From Roseibacillus sp. (lineage in GTDB: Bacteria > Verrucomicrobiota > Verrucomicrobiia > Verrucomicrobiales > Akkermansiaceae), in NCBI GenBank assembly GCA_051251855.1, contig JBPOGI010000006.1, positions 224,001 to 288,000 of the forward strand: a stretch of 64,000 nucleotides of DNA, given 5' to 3'. This document shows, piece by piece, positions 29,101-37,703 of the stretch (its first letter is position 1; each line of letters starts with the position of its first letter). A program made the translations under genes and the position numbers. The notes beneath the pieces were generated by a model. It saw only the letters and a list, made by a program, of their open reading frames with translations, was not told where the DNA came from and searched no databases.

Positions 29101-30359
29101 CCATCGGGACGGCGGACTTGGGAGAAGTTACCGAGGCCTTGATTGAGATACATCCAGCCGCCGGGGCCACGCATGAATTGGTGGGGGAAGAGGTGGGAGT
29201 CTTCGATGCCGAATCCTTCTAACAAAGTGACGTGTTTGTCGGCCTTGCCATCGTTATTGGTATCTTGGTAGTGACGAATTTCGCTGCCATATTGCGCGAT
29301 GACTCCGTTCTTGTAAGGAAGGATACCAAGGGGAATGGCGAGGCCTTTGGCGAAGACGCGTGGGGTCTGTAGGCCCGGGGCGGTGGGGGTGTCGAAGACG
29401 AGGAGCTTGTCGGTGCCTCCGGTCTTGAAGAGGTTCTCGGCTTTCGCTTTCTCTTTCTTGGCATCGACGGGGTAGTCGAGCGCGGTCATGGTCCACATGC
29501 GGCCCTGAGGGTCGAAATCGACGGCGACGAATTTACCGATTTCGTCCGTCTCTTGAGCGACGAGTTCGGCCACGAAACCATCGGCGAGTTCGAAGGTGGC
29601 GAGCTGGTCCTGAGGGGTCTGGGGGATTTTTGAGACATTGAGCTGCTGGTAGGCGATGCGTGCTTTGTCGGCCCACCACGCTTTGGTGTCCTTTGGGTCG
29701 ATACCACCATCGAGCTTCTTGAGAGTGATGTTCTTGAACTCAACTCTGTTGCTCCCAGCTTGCAGTTCGAGAGCGAAGTAACCGCGGTAGGGGACGGAGG
29801 GTTCGGTTTCCACGAAGTTTGCGGTTTCAAGTCCGTTGATGAAAAGCTGAATACGAGGGCCGTTGGCGCGAATGAGGTATTCGTTCCAATCGTTCTCTTT
29901 GAGTATGGGGAGAACTTTCTTGGGATTCGCCTTGGCGAGTGAGCCCCGTCCTTTTGTGTCGAAAAGGCTTCCCCAGCCATCGGGGCCATCGATGCGAGCT
30001 TGATAGCCTGTGGCTTGGCCGTCCATTTTCTGGGAACGGAACTGGATGCCGCTCTTGATGACGTTGGTGTTGAGATCTCCCGTGACTTTGAAGAGACAGC
30101 GAAACTCGAAGTGATCGTAGGGCTTTTCGGTGAAAAGGTAGCTGTTGCGGGACATTTTTTTGCCCTGACTGTCACCAATGAGGGTGCCGTTTTCGACGCT
30201 CCAGAAGCCTTGGTCTGCTTCCTGGGTTTGCCATCCGGTCAAGGTATTGCCGTCAAATAGGGGCGTAGCAGCAGGCTCTTGGGCCAATAAGGTGGTGACC
30301 TGCAGGTAAGCGCAGAGGGATGTGAAGAGAAAAAGAGAGGTTCGTTTGAAGGGGTTCAT
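26115..30359 (-). CDS. PVC-type heme-binding CxxCH membrane-bound dehydrogenase-like protein (DUF1080 + beta-propeller + HEAT + LamG-like + cytochrome c)
   Basis: LFDGNTLTGW (DUF1080); FRPVAIKFGPDGALYIVDWYN and RGRIWRI; HEAT-like repeats; CAACH..GGKIGPDLS; SLMPEGL. Confidence 0.88.
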   Translation of the reverse strand: MNPFKRTSLFLFTSLCAYLQVTTLLAQEPAATPLFDGNTLTGWQTQEADQGFWSVENGTLIGDSQGKKMSRNSYLFTEKPYDHFEFRCLFKVTGDLNTNVIKSGIQFRSQKMDGQATGYQARIDGPDGWGSLFDTKGRGSLAKANPKKVLPILKENDWNEYLIRANGPRIQLFINGLETANFVETEPSVPYRGYFALELQAGSNRVEFKNITLKKLDGGIDPKDTKAWWADKARIAYQQLNVSKIPQTPQDQLATFELADGFVAELVAQETDEIGKFVAVDFDPQGRMWTMTALDYPVDAKKEKAKAENLFKTGGTDKLLVFDTPTAPGLQTPRVFAKGLAIPLGILPYKNGVIAQYGSEIRHYQDTNNDGKADKHVTLLEGFGIEDSHLFPHQFMRGPGGWMYLNQGLGNFSQVRRPDGSTFINGQKTIKMDRCRVARMQLDGSDFQVTTTGPNNVWGMVAGRDGEWFIQEANDKGYPVAKYDFGVYLDTGGTAKLKPYQPILPPIFDKAIMGGTGLSGMVLAEDRGSPFAKNGVKTFYLANPLTSSIQIVTGKPLGNNRYEWRKDGDLLVSGDKWFRPVAIKFGPDGALYIVDWYNKIISHGEVPQNHPERDKTRGRIWRIRHKSQPHTNPPNLAKASNNELLDFLRHNSALVQRLSWLEIIDRQATDLLPSLKTLSQASSETLDLRLAALWAIEGLHGIDAELLTTLATDREPNLRAEVIRLAGRNADSATFAKLAQTAANDSEVRVRSALGEALVSRPQTDAGAMQAAALLGKAALPKADRLTQYEREFERFLARWAMENNPEATSQMLADAPDLPTENRLLAMQALNPAQAALAFLPMIPQLERPLTAIELSLITSQLKQPKVRAGFEKLLNDPTRQQSMLAALSQAEPDSNNPVLSELLVAASRQLIARDHNATTENIVMQAAQRHRLQPLQADIASWLLASDKVETITAGLRCLRELGPVDASLCEKLSKHPDQSVQQEALIAWSTAAGTETIPSLASRWTQLSATGKQSAIDGLINSTEKAVAFGKSVLSGNFAGIDSGSIEKLIIALGEHPTAKELLAKLGDSVPMVIRLNGGHVSLPNLTLKGPFTIEGWIRLNGKMNSSIKFLTGPNAQLAFNKGRLALSGKGRRAQNLVVAKTATTPGQWTHYALTRDQKGIARLYLDGVLGSTAKKPLNGDLTKLLIGPSALEVMEVRLWNEALDEAAIHGGMKVSHADTHPPKGLLARLAGDLPDLALAGKARLTPSSSAPTLITIAEAAQIAQTFQKYQAIIQASGDVANGKTMYQGACAACHMVNNIGGKIGPDLSGAGVMGDTSLLRNILDPNASLETSYYRHDLKLRDGSFVSGFMAEEDDQKITIRQIGADDRIIAKSDIETHSISKRSLMPEGLLLGMNDQQVADLFAYLRTLK

Positions 30360-30513
30360 AGGTGATGACTTTGAGCTAACTTGAGGTAGAAGCTGTCGTG
30401 GTTCTGCGAAGGCTAGTTTCTACGGATCACCACGAGAAGTCGTTTCATCGAAATTTAAGAAGGCTCGAGAGATGATAGGGGAGTCTTCTAACAGGAACAT
30501 TGCCGAAGACCTC

Positions 30514-32049
30514 TTAGGGCAAGGTGGTTGACCAATCTCCATTCATAATCTGGCGGACGTCCGATTGAGTCAGGATGCCTAAGAACACGTAAAGTTCGTC
30601 CAAGGAGCCGGTCAGGCAGTTGTGGTTGGCCATTCCGGGGAGACGGTAACGACCAATAGTCATCCAGGATTTCTCATCTGTCCCGGGAGTCGTCTCTGGG
30701 TTATTGGCGAGGAATCCGGTGAGCTCTTCTCTTTCTCCATCGACAAAGAGTTGAATTTGCATTCCTGAGCCGGGTTCAATTTCCCCAGCCATGACCACGG
30801 CGACATGATGCCATTCTCCGTCTGTGAGCTCGGTTTCTCCGGTGGCATAGCCTCGACCACAGTCGAACCGGATGGCGCCTTTTTGCCCAGCATCGGAGTC
30901 GCGGTTGGTGATAATCACGAATTTATGAACCAAGGTTCGAAGGTCACCCCAAGCTACCAATCCATGAGGTATGCGAGCACCACGATTTACGGGAAGCTTG
31001 CACCAGAAGGCGACCGAGCGAGGTGCTGATCCCGAGATGCCCTCCCAGTTGGTTTGCACGAATCCGCCGTGGCCATTCAATTCTATTGCGTTACCAAATG
31101 GTCCGGGGGCAAGGTTTGGAGTACCGTTCCGTTTCTTAAGGGTGGCTGAAACTTGCTCAAGTCCGGGCAGGTTGCCGTTCACTTCCAGTTGTTCCTCTTC
31201 TAAATGGTCAAAGCTCAAGTGAAGATAGGGTAGCTTTTCTCTCAGCGACGTCTTGAACAACTGGGGAGAAGAATCAATGGCATTGAAGTGTCCTATTGAG
31301 CCGATGATTCTGGATTCGATGCCGGTGAGAATTTCTTTCGTTTTGAGACGTCTACGACTTTCAATTTCCAGTTTCCCCTTGAAGAGATGAACGTGGTCGA
31401 GTTCGTGGGGACTGGAGACGACCCCAAATTCAGTTCCAAGATCGGTGACTAAGATGTCGGGAGTCAGAACTTGAAATCCAACAGCAGAAGGGGGAACGAC
31501 ATAATGAATCACTCCTTCTTTTTGAATGATCTGATCTTTTTCTTGAATCGTCAGATCCGCGGGTGCTCGTACGATGGCTTGTACGCCGCTTTTTAAGGTG
31601 AGCTCCACCGTGCCTTGGCTGAGTAGAAGTCTGGAGCCAATCGCAAGCTCGTCAGGGTCATGGCCTCGGCTCTTTTTTGCATGGGAAACATGGAACATCG
31701 AGTCCTCGGTATGCTGAAAAGTGACAAGAGGGGCCGAATGTTTCAGCCAAATGACACTCATCACAAGGCCTGCCAGCAAGAGAAGGGCCGCCGCGGCGAG
31801 AGCCGATCGTTTTAAGATTCGGCGTTGTTGTCGTTGGATGACTTCATCCATGGATACGACACTAGGATCGGAAGCGTTCTGGCCCAGCTTTTGATAGAGA
31901 AGCCCGTGAAGGTCCGCAATTTCGAGGAAACGTTCGCGCCCCTCTTCACTTTGCATGAGAGCGGACTCGAGTTCCTTGAATTCTTCCTCGCTGAGATGGC
32001 CTTCCAGCAGATCCCAGACTGCTTTTTCGAATGTATCTTCAGGGTTCAT
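30514..32049 (-). CDS. FecR-like anti-sigma factor with C-terminal LamG domain
   Basis: N-terminal helical domain, one TM helix, VTDLGTEFGV; LamG motifs SVAFW, DGEWHHVAVV and GSLDELYVF; ATGA overlap with the sigma gene. Confidence 0.88.
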   Translation of the reverse strand: MNPEDTFEKAVWDLLEGHLSEEEFKELESALMQSEEGRERFLEIADLHGLLYQKLGQNASDPSVVSMDEVIQRQQRRILKRSALAAAALLLLAGLVMSVIWLKHSAPLVTFQHTEDSMFHVSHAKKSRGHDPDELAIGSRLLLSQGTVELTLKSGVQAIVRAPADLTIQEKDQIIQKEGVIHYVVPPSAVGFQVLTPDILVTDLGTEFGVVSSPHELDHVHLFKGKLEIESRRRLKTKEILTGIESRIIGSIGHFNAIDSSPQLFKTSLREKLPYLHLSFDHLEEEQLEVNGNLPGLEQVSATLKKRNGTPNLAPGPFGNAIELNGHGGFVQTNWEGISGSAPRSVAFWCKLPVNRGARIPHGLVAWGDLRTLVHKFVIITNRDSDAGQKGAIRFDCGRGYATGETELTDGEWHHVAVVMAGEIEPGSGMQIQLFVDGEREELTGFLANNPETTPGTDEKSWMTIGRYRLPGMANHNCLTGSLDELYVFLGILTQSDVRQIMNGDWSTTLP

Positions 32050-32582
32050 GAGGTTTTCCCTCCCGAAAGAAGATGGGATTGAATGCAATTGCGAAGCGAC
32101 TCTCGGAGACGGAAGAGAGTGACTCGGAGAGAGTCGTTGGAGCGTCCAGTATCCTTAGTAAGCTGCTCGAGACCCCCCTGTTTGGTGGCATATCGAATGG
32201 TGAGCAATTGTCGGTTGTTGGGGGACATCTTCGAGAGGCAATGCTCGAGCGCCTGCCGCCTATCCTCTTGGAAATCGGAAGGCCGGTTCAGGGCTTTTTC
32301 TCCGAAAAGTTCCGCTAACTCATCCTTAAAGATGAGAACATTATTTCGTCGTGCATCCTTGCGACGGTGTTCGAGCACTTTGTATCTGGCGACTGTACAA
32401 GCCCACGCACCGAAATTGGTCCCTTCTTTGAAGGAGCCTCTCTTTTCCCACAAGACGATGTTCACTTCCTGCAGGACATCGCGCACGTCCGGGCTACCCG
32501 GAATCTGAGTGATGATGTATGAGCGGATGATCTCCTGATGCTCGATAAGGAGGGCAACGAATTTTGAGAGGTCAATTTTCAA
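32046..32582 (-). CDS. ECF sigma-70 factor (Rhodopirellula/Verrucomicrobium type)
   Basis: DVLQEVNIVLWEK, GTNFGAWACTVARY and LFRLRESLRNCI motifs. Start uncertain; TTG 32582 chosen because 32621 lies inside a terminator-like hairpin. Confidence 0.88.
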   Translation of the reverse strand: MKIDLSKFVALLIEHQEIIRSYIITQIPGSPDVRDVLQEVNIVLWEKRGSFKEGTNFGAWACTVARYKVLEHRRKDARRNNVLIFKDELAELFGEKALNRPSDFQEDRRQALEHCLSKMSPNNRQLLTIRYATKQGGLEQLTKDTGRSNDSLRVTLFRLRESLRNCIQSHLLSGGKTS

Positions 32583-32609
32583 TTGGGAGAGTGAACAAGG
32601 GTGGATACG

Positions 32610-32641
32610 AAAAACCCGCATCCTGATTCAGAAGCGGGTTT
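32610..32641 (-). terminator. Candidate intrinsic terminator after the PEP-CTERM gene
   Basis: Minus strand reads AAACCCGC-TTCTGAATCAGGAT-GCGGGTTTTT. Confidence 0.55.
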
Positions 32642-32671
32642 CATGAAATCATAAAGAATAGGGTGAGAGAA

Positions 32672-33421
32672 TTATCGACGACGTCGTAATCCCAAGCCGA
32701 GCACGCTGAGACCCAAAAGGCCAAAGGTCGAAGGTTCGGGGACCACCGCAAATTCGAAACCTTGAATGACAACGGCATCGTTTCTGGTAAGGTTAGTCTG
32801 CGAGAGGGTGAAAGAATTTGTGAAACCGAGTCCTCCAGCACTATGGGTGAAGGTGTTTCCAGTGGCAGCATTAGTGTGCTCCGTGTTGAGCCAAATGGCA
32901 CCCACATTGCCAGCGTCAGATTGGGGGATTCCAACTGTTGCCAAACTATCCGAAGTGAGGGTGATATTGTCGTTCGCATTTTCTCCAAAGGTCCCGCCAT
33001 AGCCGCCGCCTTGGTTAGCATTCGAGGCGCTTCCGTTCTGGGACAGCAAGGCCACGATAACCAAACTCTCACCTGGCTGTAGTCCACTGACATTGCTGAT
33101 CGTAAATTCAAGCACTTCTGAGACCCCGCCGATGACATTGACAAAGCCGCCGGAGTTTTCGACGTCTGATCCTAACCCTCCGTTATATTGAAAAATATCA
33201 CCGCCGAATGCACCTCCCCCTGCAGGAATCACCGCTGAGGCTGTGACATCGAATGAAACGCCTGTGGGAGTGCCAACCTCTTCGGATGAGAAAACGAAAG
33301 TTCCGCCGCTAATAACAGCGGTTTGGTTGCCCGCTGAAGTGAAGTCAACGATGAGCGCGGCAGAAGCAAGTGGCGCCGCTATTAAGGGAAGTAGGGGAAT
33401 TAAGGTTAGTGTAAGTTTCAT
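32672..33421 (-). CDS. PEP-CTERM sorting domain protein
   Basis: Signal peptide; C-terminus VPEPSTFGLLGLSVLGLGLRRRR. Confidence 0.95.
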   Translation of the reverse strand: MKLTLTLIPLLPLIAAPLASAALIVDFTSAGNQTAVISGGTFVFSSEEVGTPTGVSFDVTASAVIPAGGGAFGGDIFQYNGGLGSDVENSGGFVNVIGGVSEVLEFTISNVSGLQPGESLVIVALLSQNGSASNANQGGGYGGTFGENANDNITLTSDSLATVGIPQSDAGNVGAIWLNTEHTNAATGNTFTHSAGGLGFTNSFTLSQTNLTRNDAVVIQGFEFAVVPEPSTFGLLGLSVLGLGLRRRR

Positions 33422-33568
33422 GTTTTTATGGGTTTGTTTGGAGTGAATAATAGGAAATTGAGATCCTTAGGCGACTATGTTCTTGCACTTTTTTACAGAG
33501 AGTTTGTCTGACCATTTAATAATGATGTGATTCGGGAGGAGCGTTAACAAATTTTTTCAGATTCCTTT

Positions 33569-36500
33569 TTAGGGGAGAAGTTCGACTTGGAAGAAGTAGC
33601 GGGCCTCCCCTAGCGGCATGGTTACTTCCACGCTGGTGGAGGACGCGGAACTGGAGGCTGGGAAGTTCCCTTCGAGAGTGGTGTCGAAAGAGAAATCGGT
33701 GCTTCCTTGAATATCATAGCGAGCTCCTTGCGCAGAGGGCCAAGTCAGCAGTACGCTGGTGGCTGAGAAGCGCTCAATACACAGGGAGAAGAAGCTATTG
33801 GCATCAAGAGGATTGGTGCCGGTGCGCACTTCGTCGCCATCCAGATTACTGTCGCCATCAGTATCTGGGTTGTCTGAGTTGGTCTCGGTGGAATCGACGA
33901 GGCCGTCTTGGTTGAGATCTTCGATGGCGTCGAGAAGACCATCCATGTCGGAATCTACTAAATCTCGCCCATCCACTGCGAAGGAAATGAGGAAAGGATC
34001 GTCTGCCAAGGGGCGGGAGGCATCTCCATCACTCGCGTCAACTGAGAAGGTGGGCCAAAGGGCTCCGTAGTCGCCCCATCCCGTGTCGAGGGCTGCTGCC
34101 ATTTCGCGAGCGAGTTCCAAGACCAATTGCGGATTGCTGCTGGAGAGGTCATTCGACTCATCGCGATCGGTGGCGAGGTCGTAGAGTTCGAATTGGTCAG
34201 CATCGTCTTCGTAGTAGAAGTAGATCAGTTTGTAGTCATCGCGTCGATAGGCGGTGAAGAAGCTCGAGTTTTGCGAGTTGGGTTGATGGCGGAGAAGGGT
34301 TTGCTCGCGATGGGTGCCGGGAGTGGAGGAGAGGTAGGGACTGAGGTCGACTCCATCCATTGCGGGGTGGGGGACGTCGGCCACAGAGAGAATGGTGGTG
34401 GTGAGATCGACCACCGAGACGATGTCGTGTTCGACCGTTCCGCCTCCGATGGGCAATTCTTGTTGAAACGCATTGTTCGGGTCTGGTTTGGACCAAGCAG
34501 CGAAGAGAGGAACGTGATAGCCGCCCTCGTAGCAATTCGCTTTCTTGCCGCGAATGGGATAATCTTGAAAACCATTATTGCCAATTTGGTTGCGAGAACT
34601 GAGTGCGGGAGAATCGCTTCCATTATCGCCTGTGAAAAGGATGAGAGTGTTTTCGGCCACTCCAAGAGCTTCTAACTTGGCTCTGATTTGTCCGAGAGAA
34701 GTATCAACCCCTTCAATCATGGTGGCGAAGCGATTGTGATTGGTGCTGACGGCAGCGCTGTAGTCTCCGGTGGCATTGGGATTGTTGGTGAAAGGAGAAT
34801 GCACCGCGTAGTAGGACATGTAGGTGAAGAAGGGCACGCCATCGTTGACGGCATCTTCCATGGAGTCACCGACGGCTTCGGTGAGGGCCTCGGTGAGCCA
34901 ACGACCATTGGCCTGGTAGGCTTCGATGTTGGGGACCTGGTTGTTTCCGGAAGAGTATCCGGGGTTCCCGATGTAGCGCCCCGGGCTGCCTCCTTCGCTG
35001 CCTCCTAAATTGATATCGAACCCGATGTTGAGGGGGTCCGCAGTGTTCAGCTCGTTGGAACCGATGTGGGCTTTGCCGCAGTGGATGGAGCGATAGCCTT
35101 GCGCGGAGAGAAGCCTGGGCAAGCTGGTTTCGGTGGTGTTCATGCCTTGGAAACGCCAGCCGTTGGGGCTGCGATGGGTAGAGACGTTGGAACCGCTCGG
35201 TCTTTCGTAAGTGCGATCTCGATTGAGGTGTACCGTCACTCCGTGCGCGGGAGCGTTCAAGCCCGTCATGAGAGAGACTCGAGTTGGGCTGCACACGGGG
35301 AGAGCGTAGGCTTGGGTGAAGATCATGCCGTCGGCCGCCAACTGCTCGAGGTTGGGGGTGTGATAGAAGTTGTTAAAGCCCCTGACCACAGGCTGTGCGC
35401 TATCGATATAGTTTTCGTAGGAAAAGGGCACTGAGGTGTCCATCACGCCCCAGTCGTCAACGAGGCAGAGAATGATATTGGGCCGATTGGGGGGAAAGCC
35501 AACGTTGACGGTGAGATCCTCGGAGACACTTCCTTCCGCGTTGGTCGCGGTGAGGGTGTAAGTGGTTGTCGCGGTTGCGCTGAGAGAGAAGCTGGTCAGT
35601 CCGGTGACATCGTTGTTCCCGGGGTCGAGGGTCAGGGTGTCGGCATTGGTGGTTGTCCAAGAGAGTTGCACTGGAGTTCCCGGTGCCACAAAGGAGGGAG
35701 TCGCTTCGAAGGTGCTGATACTGGGAGGGGTGGCCACGACGACGTCGCCAGCGATGACTTGGAAACCACTGATGGCCCCACGACCACCATCGGGAGAGTC
35801 GATTGCTAAAGTGAAGTTGGCGGCATTGAGACCCGTGAAGACGACGTAGTTCGAGTAGTCGGCCCCATCATCAATGCCATCGCTCGCAAGGTAGGTGCCG
35901 TCAAAGATGTTTGCGACCGCAGCGGCATCATCATCTTCCACGAATCCTGTGATAGCGGAGCCGCCATTCGGGGTCAGGGTATAGAGGCTCTGCCGCACGT
36001 CGTTTGCACTCGCGTTCCTGCGATCAGAATCAGAGTAAATGATGAGGCTGTATCCTTCGCTGGTGAACTCGGTGCCCAATCCAGTGAGGCTGAGGCTAAA
36101 GTTGTCTGCCGTGTTAGTCGCGAGGTAGGAGTTGAAGAGGTTGTCGTCGCCGATTCCATTGCTCAACTCATTGCCGTCATTTGCAGAGGAGGCCGCGTAG
36201 CCCACGAACCAAGAACCAGAGGTGCCGGAATTGAGAGTTGAGCTGATGGTCGCGGCTGAGCTGTTTCCGACATCGTCTATCAGATCGGTTGGAGAGAAAA
36301 TGATGGCTCCATTGTTAGCCTGGGCATTTCCAAGACTGATGTTGTTCCAATGACTGCCATCGAGAGGAGTGAGCCCCGCTGACTCGCCGGAGGTCAATTG
36401 ATGGTCTGCAAGAGCATCGGAGTCGTTGGCATGAAAGTTGACGCTGATGGAATTTCCAGGAGTGGCAGAGGTTACCGTGATTTCGGCGGTTTCCATGACG

Positions 36501-37552
36501 GAGCTGTTTCCGTCGCTCGCGGTAAGGGTGTAGGTTGTCGTGGTTGTTGGGCTGACTGCGAGTTCAGTCGTGCCCGTCACGTTCAATCCGCCAGGGTCGA
36601 GGGTGAGGGAGGTTGCTCCCGCAGTGGCCCAAGACAAGATTGTGGATTCACCGACACTGATTTGCGTAGGAGCAGCCGAGAAGGAAGTGATTTGAGGGCC
36701 GCCGGTAGTTGAAGTGAGAACAAGGTTGATACTTGTTGTCTCGTAAGTGATGTCAGTCGTGAAGCCTGCAAAGCCGGTGATGCTTTCTGCAAATTCTGTG
36801 GCGTCTGTGCGAGAGCCATAGCTGAACAAAGGGATTGTTCCGGCACCGCCTGTGTAGGAAGAACCGTCAATCGTGAGTGCGGCTCCCGATTGAAGGAGAA
36901 GATTTCCCGTGGTATCGACGGCATCGATTCCTGTCGCTCCAAGAGTGAACTCAAGAATAGCACTCGAACGAAGCTCTAGCGCGCTCCCATTCACAGTGAT
37001 CGAAGCTGAATCTCCCGCTATCGCAAAGGTGGAGTCGAAATCACCTACCCCAAGATCTCCTCCGATATTGAAGGTGCGGTTGGCATTGTTGAAACCGACT
37101 GACAGGGCTGCGGTCCCAGAAAGGTCGTAGAACGAGGTGCCTCCGTCCGGGTTGCCACTCATATCAATACCGCCGATATTGAACTCTCCAGCGGAATGAT
37201 TGATTGTTGATCCGTCCCCCGCGACTCCTCGACCCACGTTGACATTGTTGTTGACGTTAAGAGTGCCGCCATTGTTATCGATGTTGAAAACATGACCGCT
37301 GCGAATGTTCAGTGCACTCGCTGTGCTTGGCGTGATCCCTCCTGATAAATCAGTGATACCCGATCCACCCCCAGCTAAGATACCCGAATCGTTGTTGTCA
37401 GGGATATCGTCCCCAGACCAGTTCGTGGTCACGTTGTAGCTCGTGCTGGTGCTGCCATCCCAGGTTCGAGAGGCGGCAGAGGAGCTGGTGATAGCAAGAC
37501 CAGTCACAGCGAGCAGAGTGCCGAGTTGGAGGCTTTTATGGAAGGGTTTCAA
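33569..37552 (-). CDS. Large secreted multidomain sulfatase (beta-rich N-terminal domain, Ig-like repeats, Cys-type sulfatase, Ca-binding repeats)
   Basis: PNIILCLVDDWG, CSPTR, GKAHIG and YEGGYHVP motifs; TTTYTLTA Ig-like repeats; DSDMDGLLD/DTDGD repeats. Start approximate. Confidence 0.85.
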   Translation of the reverse strand: MKPFHKSLQLGTLLAVTGLAITSSSAASRTWDGSTSTSYNVTTNWSGDDIPDNNDSGILAGGGSGITDLSGGITPSTASALNIRSGHVFNIDNNGGTLNVNNNVNVGRGVAGDGSTINHSAGEFNIGGIDMSGNPDGGTSFYDLSGTAALSVGFNNANRTFNIGGDLGVGDFDSTFAIAGDSASITVNGSALELRSSAILEFTLGATGIDAVDTTGNLLLQSGAALTIDGSSYTGGAGTIPLFSYGSRTDATEFAESITGFAGFTTDITYETTSINLVLTSTTGGPQITSFSAAPTQISVGESTILSWATAGATSLTLDPGGLNVTGTTELAVSPTTTTTYTLTASDGNSSVMETAEITVTSATPGNSISVNFHANDSDALADHQLTSGESAGLTPLDGSHWNNISLGNAQANNGAIIFSPTDLIDDVGNSSAATISSTLNSGTSGSWFVGYAASSANDGNELSNGIGDDNLFNSYLATNTADNFSLSLTGLGTEFTSEGYSLIIYSDSDRRNASANDVRQSLYTLTPNGGSAITGFVEDDDAAAVANIFDGTYLASDGIDDGADYSNYVVFTGLNAANFTLAIDSPDGGRGAISGFQVIAGDVVVATPPSISTFEATPSFVAPGTPVQLSWTTTNADTLTLDPGNNDVTGLTSFSLSATATTTYTLTATNAEGSVSEDLTVNVGFPPNRPNIILCLVDDWGVMDTSVPFSYENYIDSAQPVVRGFNNFYHTPNLEQLAADGMIFTQAYALPVCSPTRVSLMTGLNAPAHGVTVHLNRDRTYERPSGSNVSTHRSPNGWRFQGMNTTETSLPRLLSAQGYRSIHCGKAHIGSNELNTADPLNIGFDINLGGSEGGSPGRYIGNPGYSSGNNQVPNIEAYQANGRWLTEALTEAVGDSMEDAVNDGVPFFTYMSYYAVHSPFTNNPNATGDYSAAVSTNHNRFATMIEGVDTSLGQIRAKLEALGVAENTLILFTGDNGSDSPALSSRNQIGNNGFQDYPIRGKKANCYEGGYHVPLFAAWSKPDPNNAFQQELPIGGGTVEHDIVSVVDLTTTILSVADVPHPAMDGVDLSPYLSSTPGTHREQTLLRHQPNSQNSSFFTAYRRDDYKLIYFYYEDDADQFELYDLATDRDESNDLSSSNPQLVLELAREMAAALDTGWGDYGALWPTFSVDASDGDASRPLADDPFLISFAVDGRDLVDSDMDGLLDAIEDLNQDGLVDSTETNSDNPDTDGDSNLDGDEVRTGTNPLDANSFFSLCIERFSATSVLLTWPSAQGARYDIQGSTDFSFDTTLEGNFPASSSASSTSVEVTMPLGEARYFFQVELLP

Positions 37553-37703
37553 AGTGAGATGATTTGAGGGCGGAGAACAATACCTATGAGCCAGTCGCAA
37601 GAAACGGAATTCTTCAGAGCAGGGGAAATGGTAAACAGATGGAAACACCAGGTTTCCACCTGTTCGATGATACGATAGGAGCGGTTGGCTTGGAAAATCG
37701 AAG